NCBI RefSeq assembly: GCF_000400465.1
Contig: NW_008806284.1
Location: forward strand, 144,001-268,000
Direction of reading: 5' to 3'
DNA length: 124,000 nt
Source of the DNA: Wallemia ichthyophaga EXF-994
Taxonomy: Eukaryota > Fungi > Basidiomycota
The first letter of the stretch is position 1. Every line of letters begins with the position of its first letter. Below, piece by piece: positions 102,505 to 116,010 of the stretch. The notes under the pieces are model-generated. The model was not told where the DNA came from. It ran no database searches and saw only the letters and a program-made list of their open reading frames with translations. Made by a program: the position numbers and the translations under genes.

Positions 102505-105500
102505 TGTGCTGAATTAGTTGGTTATTTGCCTGTTTGTATTCTTGAATATGCATCAGTGCGCTTATCGAATTGTATACGTTGTAAAGGTCACCACAAGTGA
102601 TTCTCTTCTTCATTCAACTTACATCACTATGTGCGACGAGAAATTACGGGTTAGAGGATGTTGTGAGAGCCCTGAAAAGTATATTCTGATATATTGTACC
102701 ATCCTTGGATTTCGTTGTTGCCTTTGCTTAGTCACATATTAGCTGGAGAAATGGATATGTGAAAGAGATTAATACGCATTTTAATAGCTTATTGAATTTT
102801 TACATATATCATGACATCCATTCTCTTCAATACACCCCAAAAAAAAGTCAATCTGGGAAACTTCTCCGCATCTCTAATGATGTCAAGATTTGTTTTGGGA
102901 TGACAGGGTGATGAAAATGGTTCTTTTAGGACTATCAAACGCTTGCAGTAGTATGAGCTGTTTAATTGAATTGCGTATACTCAAGATTAAGTGAGAAGAC
103001 GAATGCAGAGATACAATATACGGACAAATTGGATAATTTAGCAAAGTCAGTATTTCGTGAAATTCCTGTTCTTTCGAACATCACCTCGTCTCAGCCTTAC
103101 TCTCAATAGCCCCTGAGTTGGATTCTCGACCACCACTATATCTCATCTCAGATGACTGATTTACGAGTTTTTATAATGTCCAAATAAAAAAGCTTCATAT
103201 ATAGCCCTACATGAGCTGTGCAAGATGTTGCCAGATATATGTCCCTGAGCATTTGTTCGCGCCCTGTAGACTCTTCGGAAGTTAGAATACAACGTCGTTC
103301 AGGAGCACGCTTTAGGTTAAATATAAAGGATTTCACTCGCTTCATTGATTTTAACAAAATTTATCAGCTAATACAGATTACAAGCACCCAAGATCTCATT
103401 TATTCGGCTGTACAAACGCGATTTACGTTTTCCGACTATTAGCGTCCCCAGGAATTAAGCTGGCTGCATGAAAAAGTTTTTAAACATGCAGGATCATCGC
103501 AACAATATTGAAACCACTTAATGCAATAAAAGTTGAAGGTATCTCAGTACTAAATTTGGGGCTTTGGCTCGATCGGGTGACTTTAGAAATATGGATAATC
103601 ATCGTAGAGAGGTTATCAATGCTGCTTTGGACCCTTGTTATTCGCGGCTTATTATGGTAGAGCCTTTTAAGCTACCACATTAGCTTTCCAGCAGCAAGTC
103701 ACATCTGACTAAAAGAGTACAAAGTTATCACTACGCTATTCATGAAAAACTTACCTTAATTTTCTTTTCGATTTCACTAGCTACCGAATGATACCGATAT
103801 CGCTCATGTTATCACTTGTTTTGGTGCTATCATGGACAGACTGAACATGCTATCGTAAGACTACCGAAGCATACCAATTCCTTCAACTGGCAAAATTCAC
103901 AGAAGCTCGTGTGCTCTAATGATACATTTTGCTTTTTAAAGCGAAACATAGACCACAATCACCCAAGTTGCACAAGTACATACCTTTCAAAACGCGTGTT
104001 ACAAAGTCAGACGCACTGACTTTAGCGATTTCGACAAAAATCAATTTTGTTGTCAGGAATAACTTATTACCACTACGTAATTTCAGAAAAGAAGGAGTAG
104101 ATGTCACTCCAACTTTGAAATCGGGCGTTTAGCTTCTGATCAGTGCATTTCAAATTTTCATAAAATAGGGTGAATAGAAAGGTGGTTAAGACAATATGGA
104201 ATTTTATATGTCATGATTATAGGAATGTATGTTTTTGGATGCCAAGTCGCACTTAACCCCCACCGGCCTCAATTCCTGTACTTGCTGGTAACACGCCTTA
104301 GCAGCCATCGCACCTCAACGAGCTGACAACATCATTCGTTTCTGTAATACCAGGAAATACTTCTGGTGTGTCATTTGGAAGAGACGCTAGGATTTCAAGT
104401 TGCAGGGGAACTAGTTCAGGCTGCAAAAAAATGACTTGTTCAAATTTCGAAGATCAAAATGACTACGCAGGGAACGAGACCTAGACAAAATTAAGCTAAT
104501 AAGTCATTGCCTTTAATTACAATTAACGCTTTGTCTTATCAATTAATTTAATCTGCCCGTCCTAAAACTGTGAAACCCATGGGTAAACGTCGTATTCTAA
104601 CTCTGTGTTGATTCTACGACGTATGAGTCAAAAAATAAAGAAAGCCATATGCTTGATTCACTAACGTATAGCCTATATATGTCAGGCTTCCATCTCCTAA
104701 AAACGAAATGAAGGGAGATATGGTTATTTCCAACGAATGGTATGTAAATGCTTACGTTATCGCAACAAAAATCGTGAGCAAACGGAAATAATAATTAACG
104801 GGATTGTACGAACGTCTTTAAAAGACACCTGAAGAGGCATCTACATTACTCATTTTGTCAAATATATGTTGATTTCAAAATTTGTATTAATTTTATCTCT
104901 TTTAGGTGTACAGGCCATTCCCCAACCAAACAAACTGAAACTTAAGAAATTAAGGATTTGTAATCTGTGAGTACTGAAGAGCCACGATACCTTGTACTAC
105001 ATATTGTATTTTATGGCTGTAAAAGCCAATTCTCAGGCAATTAAAGCAGATATGTTAGTTGATGGACCCTTTCTTTATTCCACATACTTCTTACCATCTT
105101 AAATTACCATACATGAATCTGTGACTGCTTTATTAGTTGACTTATTTTATAATTGAACCCTTATCGGCTAGTGTTCTCAGAAAATATCCATATTGTAGAC
105201 TACGAAGGCCAAGCTGCTTTCCCACAGTTGTAATATTGCAATATTAGCTTACAGTTTTTGCTGTGAAAGCTATTTATCAAGTTAAAATCCTAGGCTTGAC
105301 AGTGCATTCTCAACAGATAAAGTGAAATTAGTTTGAAAACTTCGATAAGTAACGAAAACAAATCGAAACGACTCCTGCGTCACAACGTAATGCAGGACAT
105401 ACCTGTAATATAAAATCTGTTAAAAGCTGCAGGCTGTCAATAGCACAAGAGTAGAAAAAGATAAAAATTAAGCAGAAGACAATTTTATAGTTCAACATCT

Positions 105501-108500
105501 AGTATTGTTGTCCAAAACCTGAAAAAATATAAACAACGAATATTACTTAAGGTATACTTAAAAGAATACAGGCCATTAAAAAGACATTTGACTTTAACCC
105601 TTATAAATTCAATTATTGTTAAGGCAGGCTTTTGTCCGTTAAGTTAGACGTCTTTTGTTACTCCTACATCTTTTTAAAACGGATGAAACTGTATTTATCA
105701 TGAATATTCACTCTAGCTTAACCATGAAAAGATAATTTAATAACAAAGGCTTAGACGTTATAGTTTTCAAGATCACTGAAACATTTAAGAGCCAAGTCAA
105801 CAGCCTTGAATCTAATATGGTAAAAGTATTTTCAAGTATACCGAGAACAACTTATGACAATTAATAGTTTTGATTCATTGCGATAAGTTGGTATTCTTCC
105901 GTGTTCGACAAATTTTGTATATTCATTTCAAGTTTACATCTGGTTTTAATGCGAATTAAAAGCTATGTCTTTGATTGACTATGAGTCACCCATGATTCTA
106001 ATCTTTACAAAAATGCAATCAATATTGCATTCTCTTGTAAGAAGTAGTCAAACTTAGCGATTGTGATTTCCTTCATGTGAATTAATATCAAAAAAATAAC
106101 AGTATGATCGTTGTAATCCATAATTTTTAAGATTTAGCATTTATTGTGGTTACAAATATCAACACTGCAAAGTCTGAATGAGATTGAGATTGGTTTAGAG
106201 AAATTTACGTTGGAGACTCTATTGGCATGGGTGATCTTTAAAAAGATGTTCGACTTCATGGATTAAAATTAACCTTATAAGAATGTTTTGAATCATAAAG
106301 TGCTTTCGAGAGACTTGCACAACACCTAATGTTGTGCGGCTAACCAATATTTGTCAATAATGAACATGTAGAACTTTTTAATTAAATTTGTGGATACAAA
106401 CTGAAAAAGTCTGATACGGTTTCACGGGATTCACTTTTCAAATTATGAGATTACTCTCTTTCATGCGAAGTTTAAAAGTATTTTCAATTCTACCTCTTCA
106501 GCTACCATGGCTAAGCTGGTGTATATTTATTATATATTTTCAGGAACTTTATTCACAGTAGGGCCTTTTTCACCAAAGGTCAGTTTTATTGAACAAATTT
106601 ACGAGATAATCCCCCATGTATTATACTATGAGTGGGGTTCAGTATGGATTCAGAGTAACATGTATTAAGATCGTAGACTTATTTTTACTACTTTCAAAGT
106701 CATACCACTAATCGCAATCCGAAAGCTTTTGTGTAAAAAATTAGGCAAAAACATAAAGTCGTTTTGTGGTTTGAACGCAATAAAACGGTCGTAAATAAAC
106801 AATTATTTGTTACGGTTGCCATGGAATTAACAATAAGAAAGTAAACAGTATATAAGGTTTCATTCGCTCTCAGCATGAAGTTGTTAGTGAGCATATACCA
106901 GGGAGTTGCTAAGCATTCAAAGAACATATATTGTTTTGAATAGAAACATTAATGACATGTAATGATGGTTGTTCTTACTAACTTGAAACCATCATGCGAT
107001 TCTGAAGATGTACTAGCAAAGCAAAAAGTCTAGCTCAAGTTTACCAAGAGCCTTTAATTACTCAGCAGGAAGAGTACAGATATATCTTCTTGTTACAGAT
107101 CCTAGTGCTCATAATTAGGCAATTTAAATATGCGTTGAAGTATGATCCTCATAGTGTGTACAAGGCGAAAGATACGATCAGATGATTTATCGGTTCGCTT
107201 TTCTGTTACTTTAAAAATATCTTACCCACGTTAATGCAAAGTAGCATACTAATGGAGAAAATTGATCTCCTCGTTCTTATTTATGCGATCATGGCATTTC
107301 TAAATTGGAATCCTAATAAATTTCAGTTGGTCCATTCTTGTTTGTTTAGTTATTTTTTTTTTCAAATGTCACTCTTAGCTCACGCCACTTTTAAGTTATT
107401 TTGTGCGGAAAAGTGTGGGGCGCTCCACAAAAAGTGCAGAGTTTTGCGTGGACCATTGAAAAGTTATGCACTCGTCTGATACAGTATAAGAATTTCTATT
107501 CGTTTGAATGGAGCTAATACACCACATAATGTGTCTTTATCGCATATCAACTACAGGTGCTTAAGTAGCATAGCCATTCTCACCCTCAAGGATACCTTCA
107601 AAGTAATGGTTTAGTAAAATCGGACTATGAGCCTTTATTGAACCGCAAAATACTGCCAAATACTTTAAATTCAGGTTCAATCGTGTCAAAGGCTCGAAAT
107701 AATGAGAAATACATGTTGTTATCATTGACATTCTGTCTAATTTAGGTAGAAAATGGTTGACAATAATTAAGTCAACGTGTTTTTTTTTTTTTTCGGACAC
107801 GGATATCGCATCTTCGCTCAATCTTAGGACGTCAAGAGCTTTCGACTTGGCCAGCGAGTTCAACAACGATTGTTTATGCAATTCGTGCCATTATTGCGCC
107901 CAGGAAAGCACAATTTCGTCAAGTCTCAACTTATCAAGCATCTCACCTCCACTTAATTTGTATTATAGAATATCGCCGACCGCGGACCATCAGGGTAACT
108001 TCACATTTTCTCCTAAAGTTAGCCTTACCAGTGCACTCATTTGGCAGTTTTATGAGCAGGTGTGTTGCGACTCTGATCAGTGCATGATCTTCCTTTATAT
108101 TGTTGAACTCATTATGGCTTAAGCGCTCTTGGGCGTTCTTTTATTAAATTGACCTGCTGGTTTTCAGAATTTAGTAAATGTAGGTATATCTGTATAATTC
108201 GCAATTTTTTCAACAGTTTTTGCACCTATTTATGATATATAGCTATATTTGCTCAATTTTTATTGATGTTATGTCTTATCATATTACTTCCATCGCACAA
108301 CGAAGTATTTAGCAAATCTTGCAAGTGACAGGCTGCAGGATTGCGGATTGGCTTCTAAGCGAATAAGCAGATAGAACATGTGAAATTAGTGAAATAAATT
108401 TAGAGTCGTCGTGAGAAATGGCGCGTGATGACAATTGGATAAAAATGTTTGGATTACATTCGTTGATTTACACTGATGAAATGGAATATGAAGAAATATG

Positions 108501-109101
108501 GACGTGAATTCGGCGGTATGGGTGGCGTACGAAGCGTTTAACAGCAAGGATTTTGATATCTACCTCACGCCTTTCGTCAATGCTTTTAATTTTTATCTTC
108601 AACTTAATGCTTATAATATTTAAAGGTCTCATTGACTTGAGAAATAATTTGGGCCCAGCCAATTATTCCAATAATAGTGGTTTTATTATGCACTCACAAT
108701 ACTCAGGACATGTCTTTTTTTAGTTGCCCCGAAGAAAGCTAATTGAAAGACTTCCATGACGAACATTATTTCAACTCAAAGTAGAAAAAATGTAAGACAA
108801 CTGGTATACTTCTTTATCGAGCTTTTGCAATGATATTTTGAGAACTGAATGAATATCCTGGAGATTATGGTTATCATTGAATAACTAATTTCCCTAAGGA
108901 GATCTTTAGCCCAATAATCATAGATCAGCTTCATTTGCGCCATCACCAACTAACACTCTGCGCAAATCTTTCGCCTGTCACCCAATTCCCTTACTCCTTC
109001 AAGTTCAAGCGTGTAAAAGTATTCTAATTTTTAAAGATTTGCTTTTAGCTCATGCATTCATACTGTAAAACAAATTTTCTAAAACAACGCGATTTAATAA
109101 T
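102505..109101. other. 6.6 kb AT-rich gene-free island (candidate centromere or decayed DNA)
   Basis: No convincing ORF; hand counts of three 60-nt lines at 105481-105720 give 25-30% GC, against 45-58% in many genes. Confidence 0.75.
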
Positions 109102-110265
109102 CTAATAATCACCTATCATAATCTTAATAGCGGGCCTTCCATTCTCATCTTTGCCATTTGAAAGTGTCTCGAAGGCGTTTTTGCTGTCGCTGAGTTTAAA
109201 TTTGTGAGTGACGAGCGAATCAGCCGATGCGAGCTTGTTAGCAGCGAACATTTCAAGAGCATCGTCGTACGTGTTTGAATACCTGAAAACGCCAACTAAA
109301 TCGACTTCTCTAAATGCTGCCGCCGATACCGGCAATGTGGCATTTGGGGTTCCCATACCGATGTAAACAACTTTTCCACCGGCTTTGGCTGCATAAATCG
109401 CAGCTTGCATACATGTTTCCACACCTGTACACTCAAACACTACATCGTAGCCATCACTACTGGACTGTCCGAGTATGCTATCAGCTGTGTTCTTTGAAAT
109501 TTCAAGCGATTCCGCGGGCGACGAAGGACGTGGTCCAAGAGGGAGCAGAACAGTGTTATCAGCGAAGCTCTTTTCCAATGCGAATTTAAGTCTGTTCTCA
109601 TCAATATCTATTACCGTGACCTTAGTTGCACCCTGTGCCTTGACGACCGAAGCAGCCAGTAAACCTACGGCACCAGCGCCAAAGATGGCAACATGGTGAC
109701 CTGCTCTAACCCCAGAACGTCTACTTCCATGCAAGACGACACTCAATGGCTCCACCAGCGAAGCTTGCTCGAACGACACATTATCAGGCATTTTGTGCAA
109801 GAGTCTAGCAGGATGAGTGAAACACGTCTGGAGAGTTCCATCCAAGTGCGGATATGTTTTGGCCGATGAAGCAAACCTCAACCCCGGACAGAGGTTGTAT
109901 CTGCCACTCTTACACAGGCTGCAACTCGAGCAGTAAATACCGGCTTCAATGGCCACCCTGTCACCTGGCTGGATGTGCGACACGCCTTTACCGACAGAGG
110001 TGACGATTCCGGCAGCCTCATGTCCCATAGCGAGTGGCTCCCGTATCACGAAGTCCCCGTTGCGGCCATGACGGTAGTAGTGCAGATCTGAGCCACACAG
110101 CCCAGTTGCTTTGACGTCTACTTGGGCGTCGAGCTCTCCAACTTGCACAGCTGGACGTACTTCCTAAAGATCATCAGTGTCTTGGAGAACAGAGCCGGCG
110201 TTACTCACGAGTCGCAAGTCCTTTGCGCCGTGAAGTGTAGCAATAAGATTTGTTTGGGTGGACAT
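109102..110265 (-). CDS. Zn-dependent polyol dehydrogenase (sorbitol/xylitol/L-arabinitol type), 1 intron
   Basis: GLCGSDLHYY, GHEAAG, C..C..C..GRYNLC, VEPLSV, GAGAVG, VFECTG, GVFRY. Confidence 0.93.
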
Positions 110266-110652
110266 GATGAGTTTATTGAAGAAAGGGAGGCATAGTGGTC
110301 AGTTTTACCGACTTGATGGAGTTCGTCCCGGTAGTACGAGAATGTCGGACATGACAATTCATTGAAAGGGTTTCAAAAGTTGCTTGCAGGACGCCGCGTG
110401 GTCAATTTATGTTACGTTGAAATTTATACTATTTTTAAAGAATTACCTGTAATCTTTGGCTGTCGTCATCTTCCGGGTTTATCGCAGATAGGATGAGCTC
110501 AGCTACTTGGGCGAAATCATCTAGCTCGGCAGTATTTATTACGTTAATCTTATCACATCGAAGCTATACAGTACAATACAAAACTGTTTTCAGCTGCAGC
110601 TTTCGTAAAGAAATGAATAGAGTGAAATGAAATACTGCAGGATTGCAGACTT

Positions 110653-111738
110653 TCAAAGGCCATCACCAACGTACCTAGCAATACAGTTAGCTTCATACCC
110701 TAAAAAACACACACAACTCACCATTTCTGGGTCCATCTTCTGTCAAAGTCATCGTCTGGATTAACAAAACGCAAATCAGTGCTGAGTCTGATCTTCTCTG
110801 TTTCGTTCACAGACGACGCGTGGATCATGAATGGCTGGTGGAATACCACGTCCCCGTCCTCGAAGTTGGTCATAAGCCACTTCCTTCCGTACACCTTACC
110901 GAAGCCCTGTGCATCGTCTGAGAGGATACCTCCGCGCATCATATTGCTGTTGAAAGCTGACAGACGTTCTTGTGGTGTGAAAGATTTAGCTCTTTCGCTA
111001 AAGTCATTCTCAATTTCCCTGCCAATCTCGTGTGACTTGTCCAGGTAGATCAAGCTCCCACCATTAGCTGCACATGAGCCAATCGGGACCCAGGCGGTCA
111101 AGCTAGTTGGGAGAGCGCCGCGCAGAAATATCTGATCATAATGCACTGCCGTAGCCTCAGAGCCCTTTATGTTTGTCCTGAGCATCTGGCGCTGCAGGAG
111201 GAGAATATTCTCCCAGTCCGTAATCTTACGTACAAAATTATAAAGCTCTGTAAGATTGTCTATTAGAAAGTCAATGCGCGCCGTAAGTCAACCTACCTGG
111301 TATCTTCTGAAATTCTTCGTAGAAATCCGCGTAATGAGCTTCAGTGGCTTTAGTTAAGAACTCGATCTGTTGCGGATCAAGGGTGCCCTCGCCCGTAGCT
111401 GCTGATCCCGGTCCACCGTACTTCTTGGGATCGCCACCTACAAAGATGCCATCAACTGGATCGGTACCCTCCTTGAGCACGCCTGTGCACTTAACAAAGT
111501 CGAAGTACGCTCTCCTCATGTTCTTCACTGCCTCGACCGGCAGCAGCCCCTTCACCAGTACATATCCGTCCTTTATGTACCTCTCCTTGATCAACTCAAC
111601 GGGAGCATCCTTTGAGGTCTCCTTTAGCCAACCAATATTTTCATCTTCGATTGCTCCACCGTTGCTCGTTAATTTAAAGCCTTTTTCCGGTGGTGTGTAT
111701 ACAGGTAAATCGACGCTACGTGCTACTTCTACTGACAT
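110653..111738 (-). CDS. Phytanoyl-CoA dioxygenase-like Fe(II)/2-oxoglutarate oxygenase, multi-exon
   Basis: TAVHYDQIFLR, TAWVPIG.C...GGSL.YL, GDVVFH..FMIHAS, RLSTDLRF, DRRW. Confidence 0.85.
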
Positions 111739-111920
111739 TGTGATACTATGTACTTGATGAGATTAAACGCAAGAGCTATTCATCACACTTAAATACCGTT
111801 TAAGCCCATCCAAATCGGTTTTTCAAATTCGCTGACGTCACGAGATAGAATAATCGGATCTTTAACAAAACCTACATTGTCGGTTCGGAATTTTAGATAA
111901 ATTGCAATAATGATACAAAT

Positions 111921-114900
111921 TCAGTTTTTATTCTTAAATCTGTGATGAATAGTGGTCAGTTAATACTTTAAACAAGTATAAAAAAAAAACCCACGACAAT
112001 CGGATATCAGTTTGGGTATAGTGTAATCCTTCAAGACCGGCAAAACATGCGGCAATCAGCTGGTTCCAGTCATTAGACCAGGCAACAAGGTAGTCTTCTA
112101 GCGCTTTCCACACGATTTCGATGACCTTAAAGACCTCATTATATCCGACTTCGTCTTCGATGTTAACGTCAAAGTGCTTTTCAACTCGCTTGCGCAAAGC
112201 TTCTGTTGACTTTCTTAGATCTTTGGCTGTAAAGTCTCGCACTATTCTCTTGTACACACTTTTACCAAACGTGGGATGACTAATCATTTCGGACGCTTTG
112301 GTTGTCTTGAGTGCCTTCTCCAGACCCTCAAAGTAGTCTATTTGTTTGTGCAGATGTCTTTTCCATAGCAGCTTCACGTACGATTCCATGTGTGAGCTAT
112401 AGAGCGACTCGGCTGTCACCATGAACGAAGAGAGTGGTTTCATTGGCTTAGCTTTGAACGATTGCAGGAAGTGATGGGAATTTGCTATCATAATGACCTG
112501 CAAATGTTTCAGTCAGTGAACCACCTCCGAAAAAACCCCCACCCACATGCAAATTGAGTGCACCTTTATCCTCGCCATTGACATCTACACTTTCCTCCTC
112601 CTTGGCAATTTGCTTGAGCGAGTCAAACACTTTGCCGATAATCTTATCATAAGCGTCGTTGACGTTCTGGCGTATTTCCATATTGTCGCCCACTATAGAG
112701 AGCTGAGCTTCAATCCTGCCCACAAAAGAAGGTATAATCCGAATGAACGGTGCTACACCCATGCGCTTCTTTGTCGTCAGTTTTGTGTTCTCAATCGCTC
112801 TTATCTGCTCCGAAATGTACTTGGAAAACATATTGTTCAGTCGCATTTTTTGCTTTTTGAGAAGTGAGTGGAGGTAAGGCTGATCTTTGTTGTAAGCATC
112901 CTTCATTGATTTCTCAAGCTGTACAATTATGCCGACTATTTGCCTGTAGCCCAGGTTTTAGAAGAGAAGTGAGTGTAAAAAAACTTACATATTGTCTTTG
113001 ACAAGTGCACCATCTATCCACGATTGCAGGGCCGGAGATAAGAATGAGAATATCGCTTCAAATGCACTCTTGAGGTCAGAAAGCGGTCCAAAGTTAACAG
113101 CACTGAGTGAATCTCTTGCTTTACGTTTGAATGCATCTTCCAAATCGACATATTCCGCGAATGTGGGCGGTGTGTCGAGAATAGCGAGCAAGTCTTGTAA
113201 AAAAACCTCTTCATTCTTCATTTGGGTAGAGATTTGCGTAAGTATTTTTGCTAGCGATTCGTGTGCAGGTATATCGCCCTTTTTGTTATTTTTGGTATCT
113301 AAGCGCTTCTCAGGACGCTTACGACCAGGCTGACTATTGAATCCGTCAATTGGATTGGAAAAGTTAGCATCACTCTCCTCATCTGTGGCTTTGTGGTTGA
113401 GATTTTCATATACCTTCAAAAGTTTGGACATTTCTCTATTGTGTAACTCAGCCGCCGAGCTAAAATAGTTATCACATACTTCCTTGTAGCGATTTTTATC
113501 CATCTCCCTTAGAAAAAGCACCAGACCACAATACCTTCCGAGGTACGATTCCATCTTTTCATGCGATTTAATGATAGGCTTGGCTTCAGAGATTTGTCTT
113601 CCTGCGTCGTTGAGGAGATTGTCGACTTGGAACTTGAACATGATCGAAAGATAGTCGAGCATACGTTTGGCGAATTGCAGAGTGATAGTTCTATACTCGC
113701 TGACACGCTTCTCGTCAACGTCGGGTTGGTCATCATTTGCTTTAATGGCTTTGTAGAGAGTAGCAGCAGCTCTCTCCAGCGCCTCAATACCCTTGTCATT
113801 CTCAAGACTCTCCTTGGTCAACACTATCAAATCGGCCTGATCGACGTCAACATTTGGTGGAGATAATTGGTCTAGTTTTTCAATTTCATTGAGTAGCGCT
113901 TGCTCGTTGTTTATTTGCGTTTGTTTGCCTCGTTGTGATTCAATGTAGCTGATATCTTCACCAACGAGCATAAGATGTGCTCTAAATTTACTAACCAATG
114001 CATCCATATCATCCAGCTCTGCAAGATTTGAGTCGAGGTAATCAAATAAGTAGTCGATGGTATCAACCTGGTCAGAAACAATCGACCTGATCATCGCAGC
114101 TTCGGCGTTGTTGATTTCGTTTGTGAGGGATTGTTCATCTTGTTGACTAATTGCAGAGGAGTCAATATGTGCAGCACTTCTAAGAGATCTCCAGTTTGCA
114201 CCGCCCAAAGCTTCATCAATTTGTTGTATGTCGTTGTACGATTCTGAGGTCGAAGTGTGAGAGTTCTTTCTTGCGAGCGAAGAAAAAGCATCGCCTAAAG
114301 AAGTGTCCGAAGGTCTTGAGAACTTTCTTTTATGAGAACGTTTCTGGATGATTGGGGAGGGAGAGTTATCGAAAGACTGCCTTGGGGTGAGTTTGCTGGT
114401 ATTGAGGCTGAGTTGAGGAGGGGGGACAGGTGGAGAAGGAGGAGTTGGGGAGGCTGCGATAGGGGAAGCAACAGCTGGAGAAGATTGTTTCTGTAAGGGA
114501 GGTATTGGTGAAGATTGTTGGGGTTTTGGTGGCGGTGATACTTGTGTCTGTGGTGATACTTGCTGATGCTGAGGAATTGGGGATAATCGATGTTTTTGTG
114601 GTTGAGAGAGAGTTGGTGGAGGTTGCTGTTGTGGCTGGGGTGGCTGTTGTGGCTGCTGTGGTGGTGAATTTGGTTGCTGAAGCGACGGTTTGGGTTTTTG
114701 CTGTGGTTGTTGTGGTTGCTGGAGTGGTTGGTAAGGTTGCTTGTGCGATTGTTGTGACTGCTGCGACTGCTTCGATTGTTTTGGCTCAGACTGCTGGTGA
114801 ATAGGTGGCTGTTGACGTTTTCTATGTTGTGTATGTTGATTGTGCTGTGTGTTATGTGTGTTATGTGTGTTATGTGTGCTACCTGTGCTTTGTGTGTGCT

Positions 114901-115357
114901 CTGTGTGCTGTCTGCTGTGAGAATTGTCTGAGACATCCGGTCTACTTGGTTTTAAACTAAGAGGTGTGGTTGAATTGTAATGATTTAGAAGTGAAATCTT
115001 ATTATCATAATGAGCATTGTAGTTATTTACTATCGCATCTAAAAAAGGTTTTAATTCAGTAACCCTTTCTGCTTTCCACTGATAAGACTTAGATAAAGTA
115101 AGCTTAAAAGTGTCATAATTGAGCAATTCAACCTTTAAAAGTGCATTTAATAGCCAGAATTTTCCAATAGAGAACGTCCCATTAGAGTTTCTCTTTGATT
115201 TATAGAGAACTGGATGATTCTGGTGAGTATCAAAGGCTAGAAGGAGGTAGCGTGGCTTTGGTGGATCGCCGGGCTCTATAATTTTACAGTGGCTCAAATA
115301 TCTATCCTTGCTGAGACCGGAAAACAGAGAAGATTTAATTTGATCAGATATTTCCAT
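111921..115357 (-). CDS. SEC3: Exocyst subunit Sec3, with a Gln/Pro/His-rich linker, multi-exon
   Basis: N-terminal PH-like KPRYLLL..KSKRNSNGTFSIGK.W; EDISYIESQ; ALERAAATLY; RYCGL.LF; GVAPFIR. Confidence 0.9.
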
Positions 115358-115389
115358 TTCCACGATGACTGTCTGCTTGGAACAGTCAG

Positions 115390-116010
115390 ATGCAATCATC
115401 AAACACTCACTTAGCAAGGCAGTTACAGCAACTCAAAAAATATCCAGTTCAAGGATTTAGCGCTGGATTGGTTGATGACAATAATTTATATGAATGGGAG
115501 ATTATCCTAATAGGTCCTGTAGATACTCTATATGAGGGTGCAATATTGAAGGCAAAATTATACTTCCCAGAGGTTAGTGGGGGAAATCTATGAGTCTATG
115601 TGTACTCAAAGAGTCCCAGGAATACCCATTGCTCCCTCCAAAAATGAAGTTCTTGTCTGAATTGTGGCATCCATCGAGTGGGTTGAGACATATATGTGTA
115701 AAAACAATACTAATAGCATTAAATCAAAGTCTATAACACTCCAGATAGAAAAGGGGAAGTTTGTATTTCAATTCTACACCCACCTGGTGATGATGAATGG
115801 GGTTGGGAGGATGCCTCAGAGAGGTGGTTGCCAGTCCACTCAGTTGAATCAATTCTAATCTCAGTTATTTCCCTCTTGTCTTCAGATACACCTTGTACTG
115901 ACTCACCTGCAAACGTAGACGCTGCAAAACAAGTTAGAGAGGATTTAACTGGATATAGAAAAACAGTACGTAGATTGGCAAGAAAGTCAGCAGAGGATAT
116001 TTGGGAGTGA
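115390..116010 (+). CDS. Ubiquitin-conjugating enzyme E2 (UBE2G/Ubc7-like), multi-exon
   Basis: [44 protein letters not shown].....E...[13 protein letters not shown]. Confidence 0.93.

Noticed and set aside
99619-109101. Mis18 gene lying ~2.5 kb from the candidate centromere (and Mis12 in the same window)
   Set aside because: There is no mechanism requiring kinetochore genes to be centromere-linked; treated as coincidence.
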